Source: Octopus sinensis
Taxonomy: Eukaryota
DNA length: 64,000 bases
Direction: 5' to 3'
Assembly: GCF_006345805.1 (NCBI RefSeq)
Contig: NC_043018.1
Location: 22,878,001 to 22,942,000 of the forward strand
Shown: positions 50,280 to 63,190 of the stretch, one piece after another
How positions within the stretch are numbered: position 1 is the first letter of the stretch
Layout of the letters: each line of letters opens with the position of its first letter
The notes under the pieces: generated by a model
What the model was told of the DNA's origin: nothing
What the model saw: only the letters and a program-made list of their open reading frames with translations
The model's database searches: none
Program-made: the position numbers and the translations under genes

Positions 50280-51650
50280 GTGTGTGTGTGTGTTTGACTA
50301 TTACAGTGTTTGTACCCGTGTCATTATTCATTTATTTATTTTATCCTTAGCCATCAGGTTGCGAGGTGTGGTGGGGTGTGTGTGTGTGTGGGAGGGTATA
50401 ATTCCATTCACGTTTTCTGTTAAGTCTTGGTCTTTTTTCTGTTATGTGTATGGCCTCGGTAATTTGTCCGAGTGTCGTGTCTGTTCTATGTATCGATAAG
50501 ATCCTAATATATATGTTATCTACCGAACTCCCTATGCTCTAGTTTAACATGTTAGTAGAGCACTGACGAGCTTTTCTCCCCTTTGAGTTCCCGCTAGTGT
50601 TTACTTATCCTCCTACCTATGCTACAAGCTGTCTCTCCACTATACATCGTTGTCCTGTTTCTGCACCGACCCTCTGTACGCCTTATATGATAGACTATAT
50701 TCCTGGTTTTGAAGTTTATCTGTGGTCTTACTTTACACACTATACAGTTCCTATCAGGGGGTCCTACAGAAGGATTTTATGAAGGTACCTGGCCTTTCCA
50801 CTACTTATATTTGTAGATTCGTTTTACCTAAAAATGATAGCTAGTTCGCCTCCGGGGGTAGCATTGACGAACATGACACTCTAGTACTTTTGGCTGTCAT
50901 CCATGAGTTGGTCTTATCTATCTTCTTCGTTCTTTCTATGCTGTTCTATGATTTACTTCCATGTAGCGAAGCAAATCCCGTTTGCGTCATTCTCCAAGAT
51001 GTCTTGAATTTAGCCATGGATCCTTCGTACACCCTGATTTTTTGTCTCTTTGGTTGTATCCAGAGAACTGCATGCGGTGGATGAAATGCTGTACGTGTCT
51101 CACTAATTCTGTTAGCATGCACACGCGGGACACGTTTGTCATCACCTTTACGAAATTCGCTATTACGTTATTAAAACTTGGCATTATCCACAATTGTTGC
51201 ATTCCAATGGACCAGATATTAGGACGCTATAGTGAGAGTGGAGAATTTAGACCTTGTTATTCCTGGTTTCCAACCAGAGTTCAGTGTCTAAAACGGGTAG
51301 TCTGTAGTGGGGTGCTTACTAGGGTAATCTACTGTTACTTTAATAATCTGGTGGATGGAGTTAGTTACTCGCTGGATGTTCACCATGGTGCTTGCTTCTA
51401 GTTCATAGTTGTCTTGTGAAGGGGCTTTTGCATGGTTCGGGCTCCTCTTCCACTATACCATAAAGAGGTTTTCCACATCTCCAGCGATGCTGGCACCGAT
51501 GACTGCACCCTGTTCTTGGGCGTATTTTATTACCAAACTTAAGCCCGTGGCCCTTTAGCGTAATTGTAGTACTCGCACCTACCGCACGTGCGACCATTTT
51601 TCTCACCTGATCATAGTTTTCGGGGGTCCGTATGGCTCTGGTTCGCCTAT
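50280..51650 (-). mobile_element. Penelope-like element relic (RT thumb plus GIY-YIG)
   Basis: Disrupted frames read PVLDTELWLE...ILHSHY, RHVQHFIHRMQFSGY, FVNATPGGELA, VVERPG, KTRNIVY...YSGETACSIG and GQITEAIHITEKRPRLNRKREW. Confidence 0.82.
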
Positions 51651-51654
51651 TCCA

Positions 51655-53380
51655 TCATTCTATAAGGGTTTTCTTGACCATCGAGGTGATAGTAGGGACT
51701 ACTGGGGCAGAAATAGCTAAGGTCGTGCTTGTCCAGGCACTCTCGACGTCATGTTCGACGGAAAAACACACCACTTTCATATCGGGATGAAGACCCGAGA
51801 GATGAGATGGATGTTCAGGCGCATTATCCAGAAGCAATAAAATCTTGAAAGGAATTCCTCTCTCCAAACAATATCCACAAACTTGAGGAATAAAACAATT
51901 CAGAAACCAGTTTTCAAACAGTCCTTATATCATCCATGTTTTAGGCTGAGAACGAAAGTAGACGGGTAATGTGGGCTTATCTACATTCTTGAACGCACAT
52001 GGGTTTTTCTGAGTGGTAAATTAAGGTTTCAGCTTAAACCCTGCGATGTTCCTGCCAAGCAGCAGAGTCAACCTGTCCTTAAATGCTTTAAATCCAGACA
52101 TGCATTTGGCTTCTTTGTTTATGTAAGAGCGTACTGGCATGCGTTTCCAAAACACTCCTGTTTCATCCATGTTAAAATTCTGCTCTGCTAGATAGCCTTC
52201 ATCCGTAATTATTTCGTTCAAATAGCTAACAAAGTTACCTATTTCTTCATTACCCACAAGGGGCTAAACACAGAGGGACAAACAAGGACAGATATAGGTA
52301 TTAAGTCGATTACATCGACCCGAGTGCATAACTGGTACTTAATTTATCGACCCCGAAAGGATGAAAGGCAAAGTCGACCTCCTAAGAAAGTCACCAACTG
52401 CTTCCTCGTCTGCACTCGCCGCTTCTTCAGTCACTCGAACATTATGAACTTGAAATCTTTCTTTAAATCTTTTGAACCAGCCAGTACTTGCTAAAATTTC
52501 TTGACTGTATTCTTTTCCGAAACGCTCCTTTAGAGTCTGAAATAGACTTTTGGCCTTTGACTGCACAGTAAAAAGACTTAACGGTGTCCATTTCTATATC
52601 TGATCTTCAATCTAAATTTGTAGCAATTTTCCCATTTCGTGGGTGGGCCCAATCCGCTGTTTTGTTATAACTTAAAAAAAAAAAGACTCCGCCGGTTACG
52701 ACGACGAGGGTCCCAGCTGATACGATCAACGGAACAGCCTGCTCGTGAAATTAACGTGCAAATGGCTGAGCATTCCACAGACACGTGTACCCTTAACGTA
52801 GTTCTCGGGGATAATCAGCGTGACACAGAGAGTGACAAGGCTGACCCTTTGAAATACAAGTACAACTCATTTTTGCCAGCTGAGTGGACTGGAGCAACGT
52901 GAAATAAAGTGTCTTGCTCAAGGACACAACGCGTCGCCGGGAATCGAACTCACAACCTTACGATCATGAGCCAAATGCCCTAACCACTAAGCCACGCGCC
53001 CTCACTGTTATAACTGTAGATCGCGTGGGTGCTGAACCTTTCACAGCTTCACGAATCCTTTCTTCATCCTTCAAAATTGTCGTAACAGTAGAGTGTGATA
53101 ACTTGAGTTCATGTGCGATCTCATTCACTTTCTTTCCTCCTTCGTCTGTCCTTGTTTGTCCCTTCTATGTTTAGCCCCTTGTGGGCAATAAAGAAATAAG
53201 AAACCTAGGGTAAGCGTTTATTAGCTGACATCATCCGTAGACGGGTTAATTTCTAGGTAATTAAACCCACTAGATTTCAACTGGACTATTTACTCTTGCT
53301 GTCGGGAGCTGGCGGGGGGGTCAATCGTTGTAAAGTCGATTGGTCACAAGTCGGATAGATCGTAAGTCGACGACAACCTG
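51655..53380 (-). mobile_element. Tigger/pogo DNA transposon relic (CENP-B-type HTH plus DDE), interrupted by SINEs
   Basis: EGGKKVNEIAHELKLSHSTVTTILKD; ASTGWFKRFK; FNMDETGVFWKRMP; KILLLLDNAP. 5' TIR TA|CAGGTTGTCGTCGACTTACG ends at 53380. Confidence 0.92.
52673..53005 (-). mobile_element. tRNA-derived SINE inside the Tigger ORF, 10-bp TSD
   Basis: TSD tgttataact at 52663-52672 and 53006-53015; tRNA-like head at 52925-53003. Confidence 0.9.
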
Positions 53381-53785
53381 TAAATATCAAATGAATAGAA
53401 CATGTGTTTATTGGCAAAAAAAATAAAAATGAAAGATAACTTGAGTTCATGTGTGATCTCATTCACTTTCTTGCCTCCTTCGTCTGTCCTTGTTTGTCCC
53501 CTCTATGTTTAGCCCCCTTGTGGGCAATAAAGAAATAAGAAACCTAGGGTAAGCGTTTGTTAGCTGACATCATCCGTAGACGGGTTAATTTCTAGGTAAT
53601 TAAACCCACTAGATTTCAACTGGACTATTTTACTCTTGCTGTCGTCGGGAGCTGGCGGGGGTCAATCGTTGTAAAGTCGATTGGTCATAAGTCGGATAGA
53701 TCGTAAGTCGAAGACAACCTGTAAATATCAAATGAATAGATATGAACATGTGTTTATTGGCAAAAAAAAAAAATAAGAATGAAAG
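53097..53785. repeat. ~340-bp tandem duplication containing the Tigger 5' terminus
   Basis: 53097-53434 is approximately 53435-53785; the TIR recurs ending at 53721. Confidence 0.92.
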
Positions 53786-54104
53786 AAATTACCCTTTCCA
53801 AAAATAACAATATATTCGTTTTGACGCACAATTTCATAAGAATTTTGGAAACAAATACGTCAAACGTCTTTCTTTCATTTTCTTTATCTTATCACACACT
53901 CTCTATCTACCCTTCTCTATCTCCCTCTCACTCTCTTTCTTCACATGCTCTTTCTCTCTTTCTCCCCTCTCCTCCCCCCACATATATTCCTTCTCTGTCT
54001 CTCTCTCTCACCGTCTTCCCTTTTTACCTTCTCCTTCTCTTTCTCATTCCTTCTCTTTATCAATTACACATCTTTACGTCGTCTTCTTCACGAACGTATA
54101 CAGT

Positions 54105-54180
54105 ACTGCATGACGTTCTCGCATACCATTGGTCGATTACCGATTTTCTGAATTGACGTCATACGGCACTTCCTTCCATG
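54105..54180 (+). promoter_or_regulatory. Putative ALAD promoter motifs
   Basis: TGACGT 54111-54116, ATTGG 54128-54132, full CRE TGACGTCA 54154-54161 and ETS-like CACTTCC 54167-54173; CpG-rich. Confidence 0.55.
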
Positions 54181-54263
54181 TGGTGTCATTAAGCGAGCGA
54201 GCTTCGCCAGCTTTTGTTGTCTCACGTTTCTCTCTCTCTCAATCTTTCTGCTACAGAACCGAT

Positions 54264-54385
54264 ATGGCATCTGAGAAGGAGCATAAGGTTCTGCACAGTG
54301 GTTACTCACATCCCGTCCTTAGAAATTGGCAGACCAATTCGGCCAGTATATCGGCTGCTAACCTCATATATCCACTCTTTGTTAC
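54264..54385 (+). CDS. ALAD: Delta-aminolevulinic acid dehydratase (porphobilinogen synthase), first coding exon
   Basis: [41 protein letters not shown] versus my recollection of vertebrate VLHSGYFHPLLRAWQ...ASNLIYPIFVT. Phase-2 donor AC|GTAAGT at 54385/54386; acceptor CAG at 54256. Confidence 0.95.
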
Positions 54386-54569
54386 GTAAGTAAAAGACTA
54401 CTTGTGATTGATCCTTCATGCCATGCCGTTATTTCTCGTCAGTGAACCCTCTTAGCCAAGCTTTGTGGTAGTCACTCGTCCGTCTGATCGTCCACATTGC
54501 CTTCCGCTTTCACCCTTTTTCTCACAGTGAATCAATACTTACACACACACATCTCGATATATCTCTCTA

Positions 54570-54698
54570 TATATAATATATATATATATATTATACACAC
54601 ACACACATATCTGTACTCACACGTGTTTGTGTATATATGTATATATTCATCTCCACAGACACACATCTGGACACACACACACACATATATATATATAT

Positions 54699-54729
<31 letters not shown>

Positions 54730-54925
54730 CACACACCCACATATATATATATATACATACACACATATATATATATATATACACACACACCCACATATAT
54801 ATATATACATACACCCACATATATATATATACATACACACACATATATATATACATACACACACACACCATATATATATACACACACCACATATATATAT
54901 ACACACACACATATATATTATATAT

Positions 54926-54956
<31 letters not shown>

Positions 54957-55160
54957 CATACACCCACATATATATATATATATATACACACACATATATA
55001 TATATTATATATACACACACCACATATATATATATATATACACACACACATTATATATATATATATATACACACACACAACACACACACACATATATATA
55101 TATAATATATATATATACACATATATATATATATACACACACACACACATATATATATAT
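54570..55160. repeat. Mixed (TA)n/(CA)n microsatellite in the ALAD intron
   Basis: Direct reading. Confidence 0.95.
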
Positions 55161-58082
55161 AGCAGAGGCAGAATGAGTAAGATTAACTGTGTTTTTGGTT
55201 TCTCTAAATGTATTAAAAACACTATAACATATTTAGAACACTATTTCAGAAAATTATCTCCGTTCCGAGCATACAAAAGATGAATTTAGTTGAGGCATAA
55301 TGAGTAAGTGAAGATAGGTAAATTTACCTTTTCAATTCTCCAGAATTACGTTTGAAAATTGATCCATACTCATTAATATACATCCTTAGGCTTCGGAAAT
55401 GCAACAAAAATGTAAACGTATTGGTCAAATGAAAGAGGATCATGGAAAAATGGCACAGGATATGAAATTAACGAAACTCAACTAGGTCTAAAAACTCAAC
55501 ATACAACATTCTACATAGCTTCTTAGCGATCAGCTGGAGTGGCTGTCTTCCTCATTCAGAAAAAGTATTGAAATTAGTCATTACTCATTATGCCCCACCT
55601 TAAACTGAATAATTATCAAATAGAACATTAACGTTTGGGGTAAAAAAATAACTTGGAATCCCAAAGAGATGTGAATATTGACTGTTAGATACCAAAAATT
55701 TTCCAGGTATTTTATTAGCTACCTCAATTACAATCGGGTCAGAGTTGAGGAATAATTTCTTGGAGGGAAAAAAACAAACAAACCCACCTATCTTATGTTT
55801 CAAACTCTCGACTTCACCAACATCTATGCTGACCAGTTTCGACTCCTAACGGTGATGCAACACGTGCAATATAATGATTTAAAATTGATCAGGAGAAAAT
55901 AAGGAGAAATCACAAATTACTCATTTTGTCCCTACCCCCCTGTCAACTGTACACGCGTTAACATCTAGACATACAGCAGAGTATATAGTGCCAGTCCAGA
56001 TGGACATTTATTACAATATTGGATAAGATGCTTTGACATTTCCTTTACTGGGTTCTTGTTCTCTGCGTTGTGAGCTGGAAATTCCATTCAGGTGCCGATG
56101 GTCAGGACTAATTGCTCTGACCACGAGGGCAATTGGCCAGCGTGGAACAGGTATTCGTATCAAACAGCCAGCATAGGCAAAGGCAGGCTAAGGCTTTTTT
56201 TCAACAGCGGTGGATTAACAACGAATGTGTGTGTTTATATAAATATATATATATATACACACATATATATATAGTGATGTATGTATAGCGGGGATGCTAG
56301 AAGTAACGGGAGCGATACAACGTGATACGTGTGTGTATACATTTTTTTTAATCAGCAGAAATGTTGTGCACGCATGCATATATTGAGTTATATACACATA
56401 CACAGTTTGTGTATGTATATAGACGCATCACCGCGTCATCTATACTTACATTTGAACAAATATCATTATATATGCACACACACACACACCTATTTCTCTA
56501 TATGCACATGCACATCTGTGAATGTACGGTTGTCATTCATGTGTATACGTTATCCATCTGTATAATACTTATATACGGATGTATATATGCATTGTTACAC
56601 ATATACACAGATTTTCGTCCATCCATCTATCTCTACACACGAAATATAGTCATATGTACATTGTCATATGTATGTCTATGTATACATACATACATATATA
56701 TACATATATATAGTGTAGGGTGATAGGCGATGTGTTTCTTAACCATTTCCCCGCCTATGAACCACTTTCATCCCCACTTTATATTCGATGTTTAAAAATT
56801 CCTATTATATTTCTATAATTAAATATTATCAGGAATTGTATTTAAAAAAAGATGTTGAAATATTTAAAGCATTGTAGAAGTATAACGAATTTATTATACA
56901 TAAAATTTTAACAATAAATCCTCAACACTCGCCGCAAGGGATATTTGAACCCTGGTTGTGATCCTCTGGGCCGTACAACGCCACATAAATTTTATGTATA
57001 AACAGGAAAGTGATCCTAATGTTTAGTGCGGGAGTACTTGTCACAGCTGGACAATTAAACCGTCTTTATCCAAGGATATTTCCGTATCTAATTCAAATGA
57101 TGCTGTATAAATCAAAATATATTTGTATAGGCTTTCAGTATGAGATTGTATATAACAATTATAATTGTACACCCAGCTCGATTATTAATATAATATATGA
57201 TTTTGTGTGTGTTTAGTATTTAGCTTTTCAGCCAGCCTTGGACGAGACGTGCTGCATTCATTCAGAAATTGTTTGTCCCATTTTCGCAGGCACAGCGTCC
57301 ATTCTGTTACTGGTTCCATTCCTGGTTCCATTCCATATCAGGACGTCACTTCCATGGAGTTTTTAATCACATTGGCCCATGGACTTATATTTCCATTAAG
57401 CAATGATTTTTTTTTTATCAGTTACTGATTACCAAACTACTAAGGCATAAAAGGATATTATTATTATTTTAAACATCGCCGGTTATTAGAATGTAAACAG
57501 ACAAACATCGCCATGATCGTTGTTGATCTTCGTCACTTTACGTCTGCTTTCCGTGTTGGCATGGGTTGGACGTCGTGAAACGGGTTTCGAAACTGTTTAA
57601 TCATTTCCACGTTCGTTTTATTTTTTCCATGCTTGCATGGGTCGGGCGGAGTTTATGGAGGTTGCTTTTCCACTGCTGGATGTCCTTCCTGTCGCCAACC
57701 CTCACCTTTTTCCATGCAAGGTTAATATTTCCCCATGTTCAGACAGGTTTACGCGAAATATTGGGAAGGAATGACTCTCATTGACAACAATCACCCAATG
57801 TCACGACAAGGAGACAGTAACTCACACTTACATCTATATACCCACACACACACACACACACGACGGGCTTCTATCAGGTCCCGCCTACTAAATCCACTCA
57901 TAAGGCTTTGGTCGGCTCGGGGCTACAATAAAGGATACCTACTCGAGGTGCCACGCAGTGGGATTGAACTCTAAACCATGTGATTGGGAAGCGAACTTCT
58001 TACCACACAGCCACCCTTCTAAATTCCATCATGGGATCAAACCAATCAACGGCTGCAACTGCATTGCCATCTCCATGACTAA

Positions 58083-58157
<75 letters not shown>

Positions 58158-59706
58158 CTCTCTCTCTCTCTCTCTCTCTCACGCACACACACACACATAT
58201 GTACATACACGTACATCCTTTTATATATACCGAAATTTATGCCCACAATATGCTATCACTTATAATATGGATCACTTGAGTAGTCCACATATGTCTACAA
58301 ATATTGTTGGGTTTCGCATACAAGAATTTGAGAAAGTCCTCGTTAACCAAGATTGTCCGTGCAGTTAGTAGACGAAAACTCCCTCGGGGTGGCGATGCTG
58401 AAAAATCTAAAATCAAGGGAGATAATTTCACTAAAACCAGTTTATAGAATTTCTTTTCAGAAACTATAGGAATATAAATACCAGGAGCTGATTGGGTCTT
58501 CAAAGACAGCCGTGAAATAGGTCATCCGTAAACGCACTAACAGACACGAAAATCTGCATAGAAACATATCTGTTATAATGTATGTTGTTATCGTTTTAAC
58601 ATTTAAAAAGCAATGGTGCTGGTGCCATGTTAAAAGCCCTGATGCTGGTGCCACATAAAAAGCACCTAGTACACTCTGGGGTGGTTGGCATTAAGAAGGG
58701 CATCCAGCCATAAAAGACATGCCTGAACAGACAATGGAGCCTGGTGTGGCTTTTGGTCGTACCAGTTCTGGTCAAACTGCCCACCCCATGCTAGCATGGG
58801 ATGGGCAGTTTGACCATTCTGTCTATTGTAATATGGTTTCTATGGCTGGATGCCTTTCCTAATGCCAACCATTCAGCAGAGTGTACAGGATGCTTTTTAT
58901 GTGGCCCCAACACCTGTATTAATTCTGCTGTGATGGACAGGTCTTTATGAGTACAACAAGGAGCCAGATATCTCGGTTCTTTGTCATCTGCTTCATAAGG
59001 CTCAATGTCTTGAGATCGGCCTTCAGTACTTCTTCATCCTATGCCTTTAGATCCTGGTCTTTAGATTTTCTATTATTATTATATTATTATTATTACTATT
59101 ATGGCAGCAAGCTAGCAGAATCGTCAGCACACTGGGCGAAATACTTAGGGCTATTTTGTCCACCACTGTGTTGTAAGTTCAAATTCCACCAAGGTTAACT
59201 TAGCCTTTCTTTCTTTTGGGATCAATAAATTAAGTGATGATGCCTTTCCTAATGCCAACCACTCTGCAGAGTGTACTGGGTGCTTTTTATGTGGCCCTGT
59301 ATTAATTCTGCTGTGATGGACAGGTCTTTATGAGTACAACAAGGAGCCAGATATCTCGGTCCTTTGTCATCTGCTTCATAAGGCTCAACATCTTGAGATT
59401 GGCCTTTAGTACTTCTTCAACCTATGTCTTCCTGGATCTTCCTCAAGTTCCATCTATTTTGAGTGATCAGCACTTCATACTATCGTATCATCATCCAATA
59501 TATTTCTGCATACAAATACACTTTTGTTGACACACATAAGAATATACATGTATATCTGTTTTTGACCACACGCACACACACAAATTCATTGTCATTATCA
59601 TCATCATCATCATCCCATGCTTATGTAGGTCAGACAGAATTTCTCGAGGCAGATTTATATTCTATGGCCTTTCCTATTGCCAATACTAACCTTTCACCGT
59701 GTAAGG

Positions 59707-59907
59707 CAGTGGTTTTCAACCAGGGTTCCGCCAGTACAGTCCAGGGGTTCCGCAAGAAGTTATAAAACTGCTAAAATCGGCAGTAATTTTTAATTCTCTT
59801 GTGCAGATATGTGTGCATAAGACTATTAAATTATTGCACAGGGGTTCCTCGAGCCAGTGGAATGTTTCCTTGGGGTTCCGCTCCAGCAAAAAGTTTGAAA
59901 AGCACTG
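59707..59907. mobile_element. hAT (Charlie-like) MITE
   Basis: TIRs CAGTGGTTTTCAA and TTGAAAAGCACTG; 8-bp flanks gtgtaagg and gtgtatgg (7/8 match, central TA). Confidence 0.85.
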
Positions 59908-60576
59908 GTGTATGGTAATGTTTTCTTATAGCTAGGCGTGTCCCGCAGAAGACTCGTAGCAAACAACCTCACTTATATAATGATGATGCATTCACAATCA
60001 CCTTGTGATGTCAAAACAGGTTTTCACATGTATACACACAACAGGCTTCTTTCAGTTTCCATCTACCAAATTCACTCTGAAGGTTTTAGTCAGCCCTGGG
60101 TCTAGAGTAGAAGACACTTGCTCAAGATGATGTGCATCTATATACTTCTGTTCCTTTTACTGATTTCATTTATGCAGTTATACCAGGACATCACCTTCAA
60201 GGTTCTATCCACATAATATTTGGTTTTAGATTTTGACACCAGACCAGCTATTTCATGGGAAGGGGTAAGTCAATCACATTGATCCCCAACTGCTCGACTG
60301 GTACTTAATTTATTGACCCCCCCAAAAAGAATGAAAGCCAAAGTTGACCTTGGTGGATTTGAACTCAGAATGCAAAGATGGATGGAATGCTGATAAACAT
60401 TTTTCCCACCATCCTAACGATTCTGTCAGCTCACTGGCCTTCTGAATAATTAACACCATTTATTCATTTCAGTTTATTTTAGTCTTCCTCTCATGGAAGT
60501 GGTTTTTGCCTTCCTCTCCAGTTTACAAATCACTCCCCTGCTATCTTTATATAACAAGTGGTATTTTCAGAACTAA

Positions 60577-60810
60577 AGGTGGCGAGCTGGCAGAAACATT
60601 AGCACGCCGGGCGAAATGCTTAGCGGTATTTCGTCTGCGTTATGCTGTGAGTTCAAATTCCGCCGAGGTCGACTTTGCCTTTCATCCTTTCGGGGTCGAT
60701 AAATTAAGTAACAGTTACGCACTGGGATCGATGTAATCGACTTAATACCTATGTCTGTCCTTGTTTGTCCCCTCTGTGTTTAGCCCCTTGTGGGTAATAA
60801 AGAAATAGGT
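60577..60810 (+). mobile_element. Full-length SINE (aaggcggcgagctggcaga family)
   Basis: Closely matches 36862-37090. Confidence 0.88.
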
Positions 60811-60944
60811 ATTTTCAGAACTAACATTAAGCAATTAATAGAAATACAAGATATTTTTTTAATATGTTAGTGTCATATTTTTTTCTCTCTCTAGTATGAA
60901 ACTAATATTTAAACTTTCACCACGTCAATACAGTCACAGATCTG

Positions 60945-61800
60945 GTCTTTAGATTTTCTATTATTATTATTATTATTATTATGGTGGCAAGCTAGCAGAA
61001 TCGTCAGCACACTGGGTGAAATACTTAGGGCTATTTTGTCTGCCACTGTGTTGCAAGTTCAAATTCCACTATGGTCAACTTAGCCTTTCATTCTTTTGGG
61101 ATCAATAAATTAAGTACCGGTGAAATACTGGGGTCAATGTAATCAACTAGTCCCCTCCCCCGCATTTCAGGCCTTATGCCTAGAGTAGAAAGGATTATTA
61201 TTATTATTATTAAGGCAGCAAGTTGGCAGAATCGTTAGCATGCTGGGCGAAATGCTTAGCGGTATTTCCTCTATCTTTACATTCTCAGTTCAAATTCCAC
61301 CGAGGTCGACTTTGCTTTTCATTCTTTCGGGATCAGTAAAATAAGTACTGTTTGGGTACTGGGGTCGATCTAATCGACTGGCCCACACCCCCAAAATTTC
61401 AGGCCTTGTGCCTATAGTAGAAAAGAACTGTTGGCACACTGGACGAAGTATCTTACCTATACGTGCAGTATCTTACCTATTGCTACATTCTGAGTTCAAA
61501 TTCCATTGAGGTCTACTTTGCCTTTCGTCCTTTCAAAGTCAATAAAATAAGTACCAGTTGACTACTGGGGGTCAATGCAGTTGACTTACCTACTTCCCAC
61601 AATTGCTGGCCTTGTGCCAAAATTTGAAATCATTATTATTATTAAGGTTGTGTTAATTGTTAGTATGCCAGACAAAATGCCTCTGAGCATTTTGTCTGTG
61701 TTTATGATCTGAATTCAAATTCCGCAGAGGTCAACTTGTCATCCTTTTGAGGTTAATAAGTACCAGTGATACACTGGAGTCGATGTAATCGACAATTTTT
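60945..61800 (+). mobile_element. Head-to-tail chain of about four diverged SINE copies joined by (ATT)n
   Basis: Heads at about 60985, 61213, 61425 and 61645, most preceded by ATT runs. Confidence 0.8.
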
Positions 61801-62166
61801 CTCCTGCTCACAAATTTCAGGCATTGTGCCTATTTTTTTTTTTATTTGTTTCAGTCATTCGACTGTGGCCATGCTGGAGCACCGCCTTTAGTCAAGCAAA
61901 TCGATCCCAAAGCCAAGTACTTATTCTATCGGTCACTTTTGCTGAACCGTTTAGTTACGGGGACGTAAACACACCAGCATCGGTTGTCAAGCGATGTGTG
62001 GGGTACAAACACAGACACACAAACATATATATATACATATACATATATATGACAGGCTTCTTTCAGTTTCTGTCTACCAAATCCACTCACAAGGCTTTGG
62101 TTGGCACAAGGCTATAGTAGAAGACACTTGCCCAAGGTGTCACGCAGTGGGACTGAACCTAGAACC

Positions 62167-62206
<40 letters not shown>

Positions 62207-62621
62207 GACAGGCTTCTTTCAGTTTCTGTCTACCAAATCCACTCACAAAGCTTTGGTTGGCACAAGGCTATAGTAGAAGACACTTGCCCAACGTGCCATG
62301 CAGTGGGACTGAACCCGAAACCATGTGGTTGGTAAGCAAGCTACTTACCACACAGCTACTCCTGTTGAAAAGATTATCATTGTTATTATTATTATTATTA
62401 GGTGATGAGCTGTCAGAATTATTAGCATGCTGGACAAAATGCTTAGCAGCAAATTGCAGCTTGTCCAAGATGTTACACAGTTAGATTGGTCCCAGGAGCA
62501 TGAGACAGTCATATCTGCACCTATGCTTATTAGATCTCACACACACATCAAGCTAAGTGAGATCGCGTGGTTGTGGCCAGTGCCGCATGAATGGCATACC
62601 TGTCGGTGACACGTAAACGAT

Positions 62622-63190
62622 ACCTATTTCTTTACTACCCCACGAGGGGCTAAACACAGGGGGACAAACAAGGACAGACAAACGGGTTAAGTCGATTATA
62701 TCGACCCCAGTGCGTAACTGGTACTTATTTAATTGACCCCGAAAGGATGAAGCGCAAAGTCGACCTCGGTGGAATTTGAACTCAGAACGTAGCGGCAGAC
62801 GAAATACCTATTTCTTTACTACCTACAAGGGGCTAAACACAGAGGGGACAAACAAGGACAGACAAACGGGTTAAGTCGATTATATCGACCCCAGTGCGTA
62901 ACTGGTACTTATTTAATCGAATCCCGAAAGGATGAAGCGCAAAGTCGACCTCGGTGGAATTTGAACTCAGAACGTAGCGGCGGACGAAATACCTATTTCT
63001 TCACTACCCACAAGGGGCTAAACACAGAGGGGACAAACGACCCCAGTGCGTAACTGGTACTTATTTAATCGACCCCCGAAAGGATGAAAGGCAAAGTCGA
63101 GATCGGCGGAATTTGAACGCAGAACGTAACGGCAGACGAAATACGGCTACGCATTTCGCCCGGCGCGCTAACGTTTCTGCCAGCTCGACG
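62622..63190 (-). mobile_element. SINE with its ~185-bp 3' portion triplicated in tandem
   Basis: 'atacctatttctttactacc...gcagacgaa' recurs at about 62620, 62805 and 62990 with very few differences. Confidence 0.88.

Noticed and set aside
46387-50597. A 4.2-kb DNA transposon with 310-bp TIRs
   Set aside because: The 'TIR' encodes a GIY-YIG C-terminus, continues into a longer PLE on the right, and the left copy has its own 12-bp TSD.
56030-60580. Candidate ALAD exon 3 (AG...GT segments at about 56091, 57290, 58459 and 60520)
   Set aside because: None encodes the expected D.PD..Q.I.SLPG..R peptide in the required phase; the next exon probably lies beyond the window.
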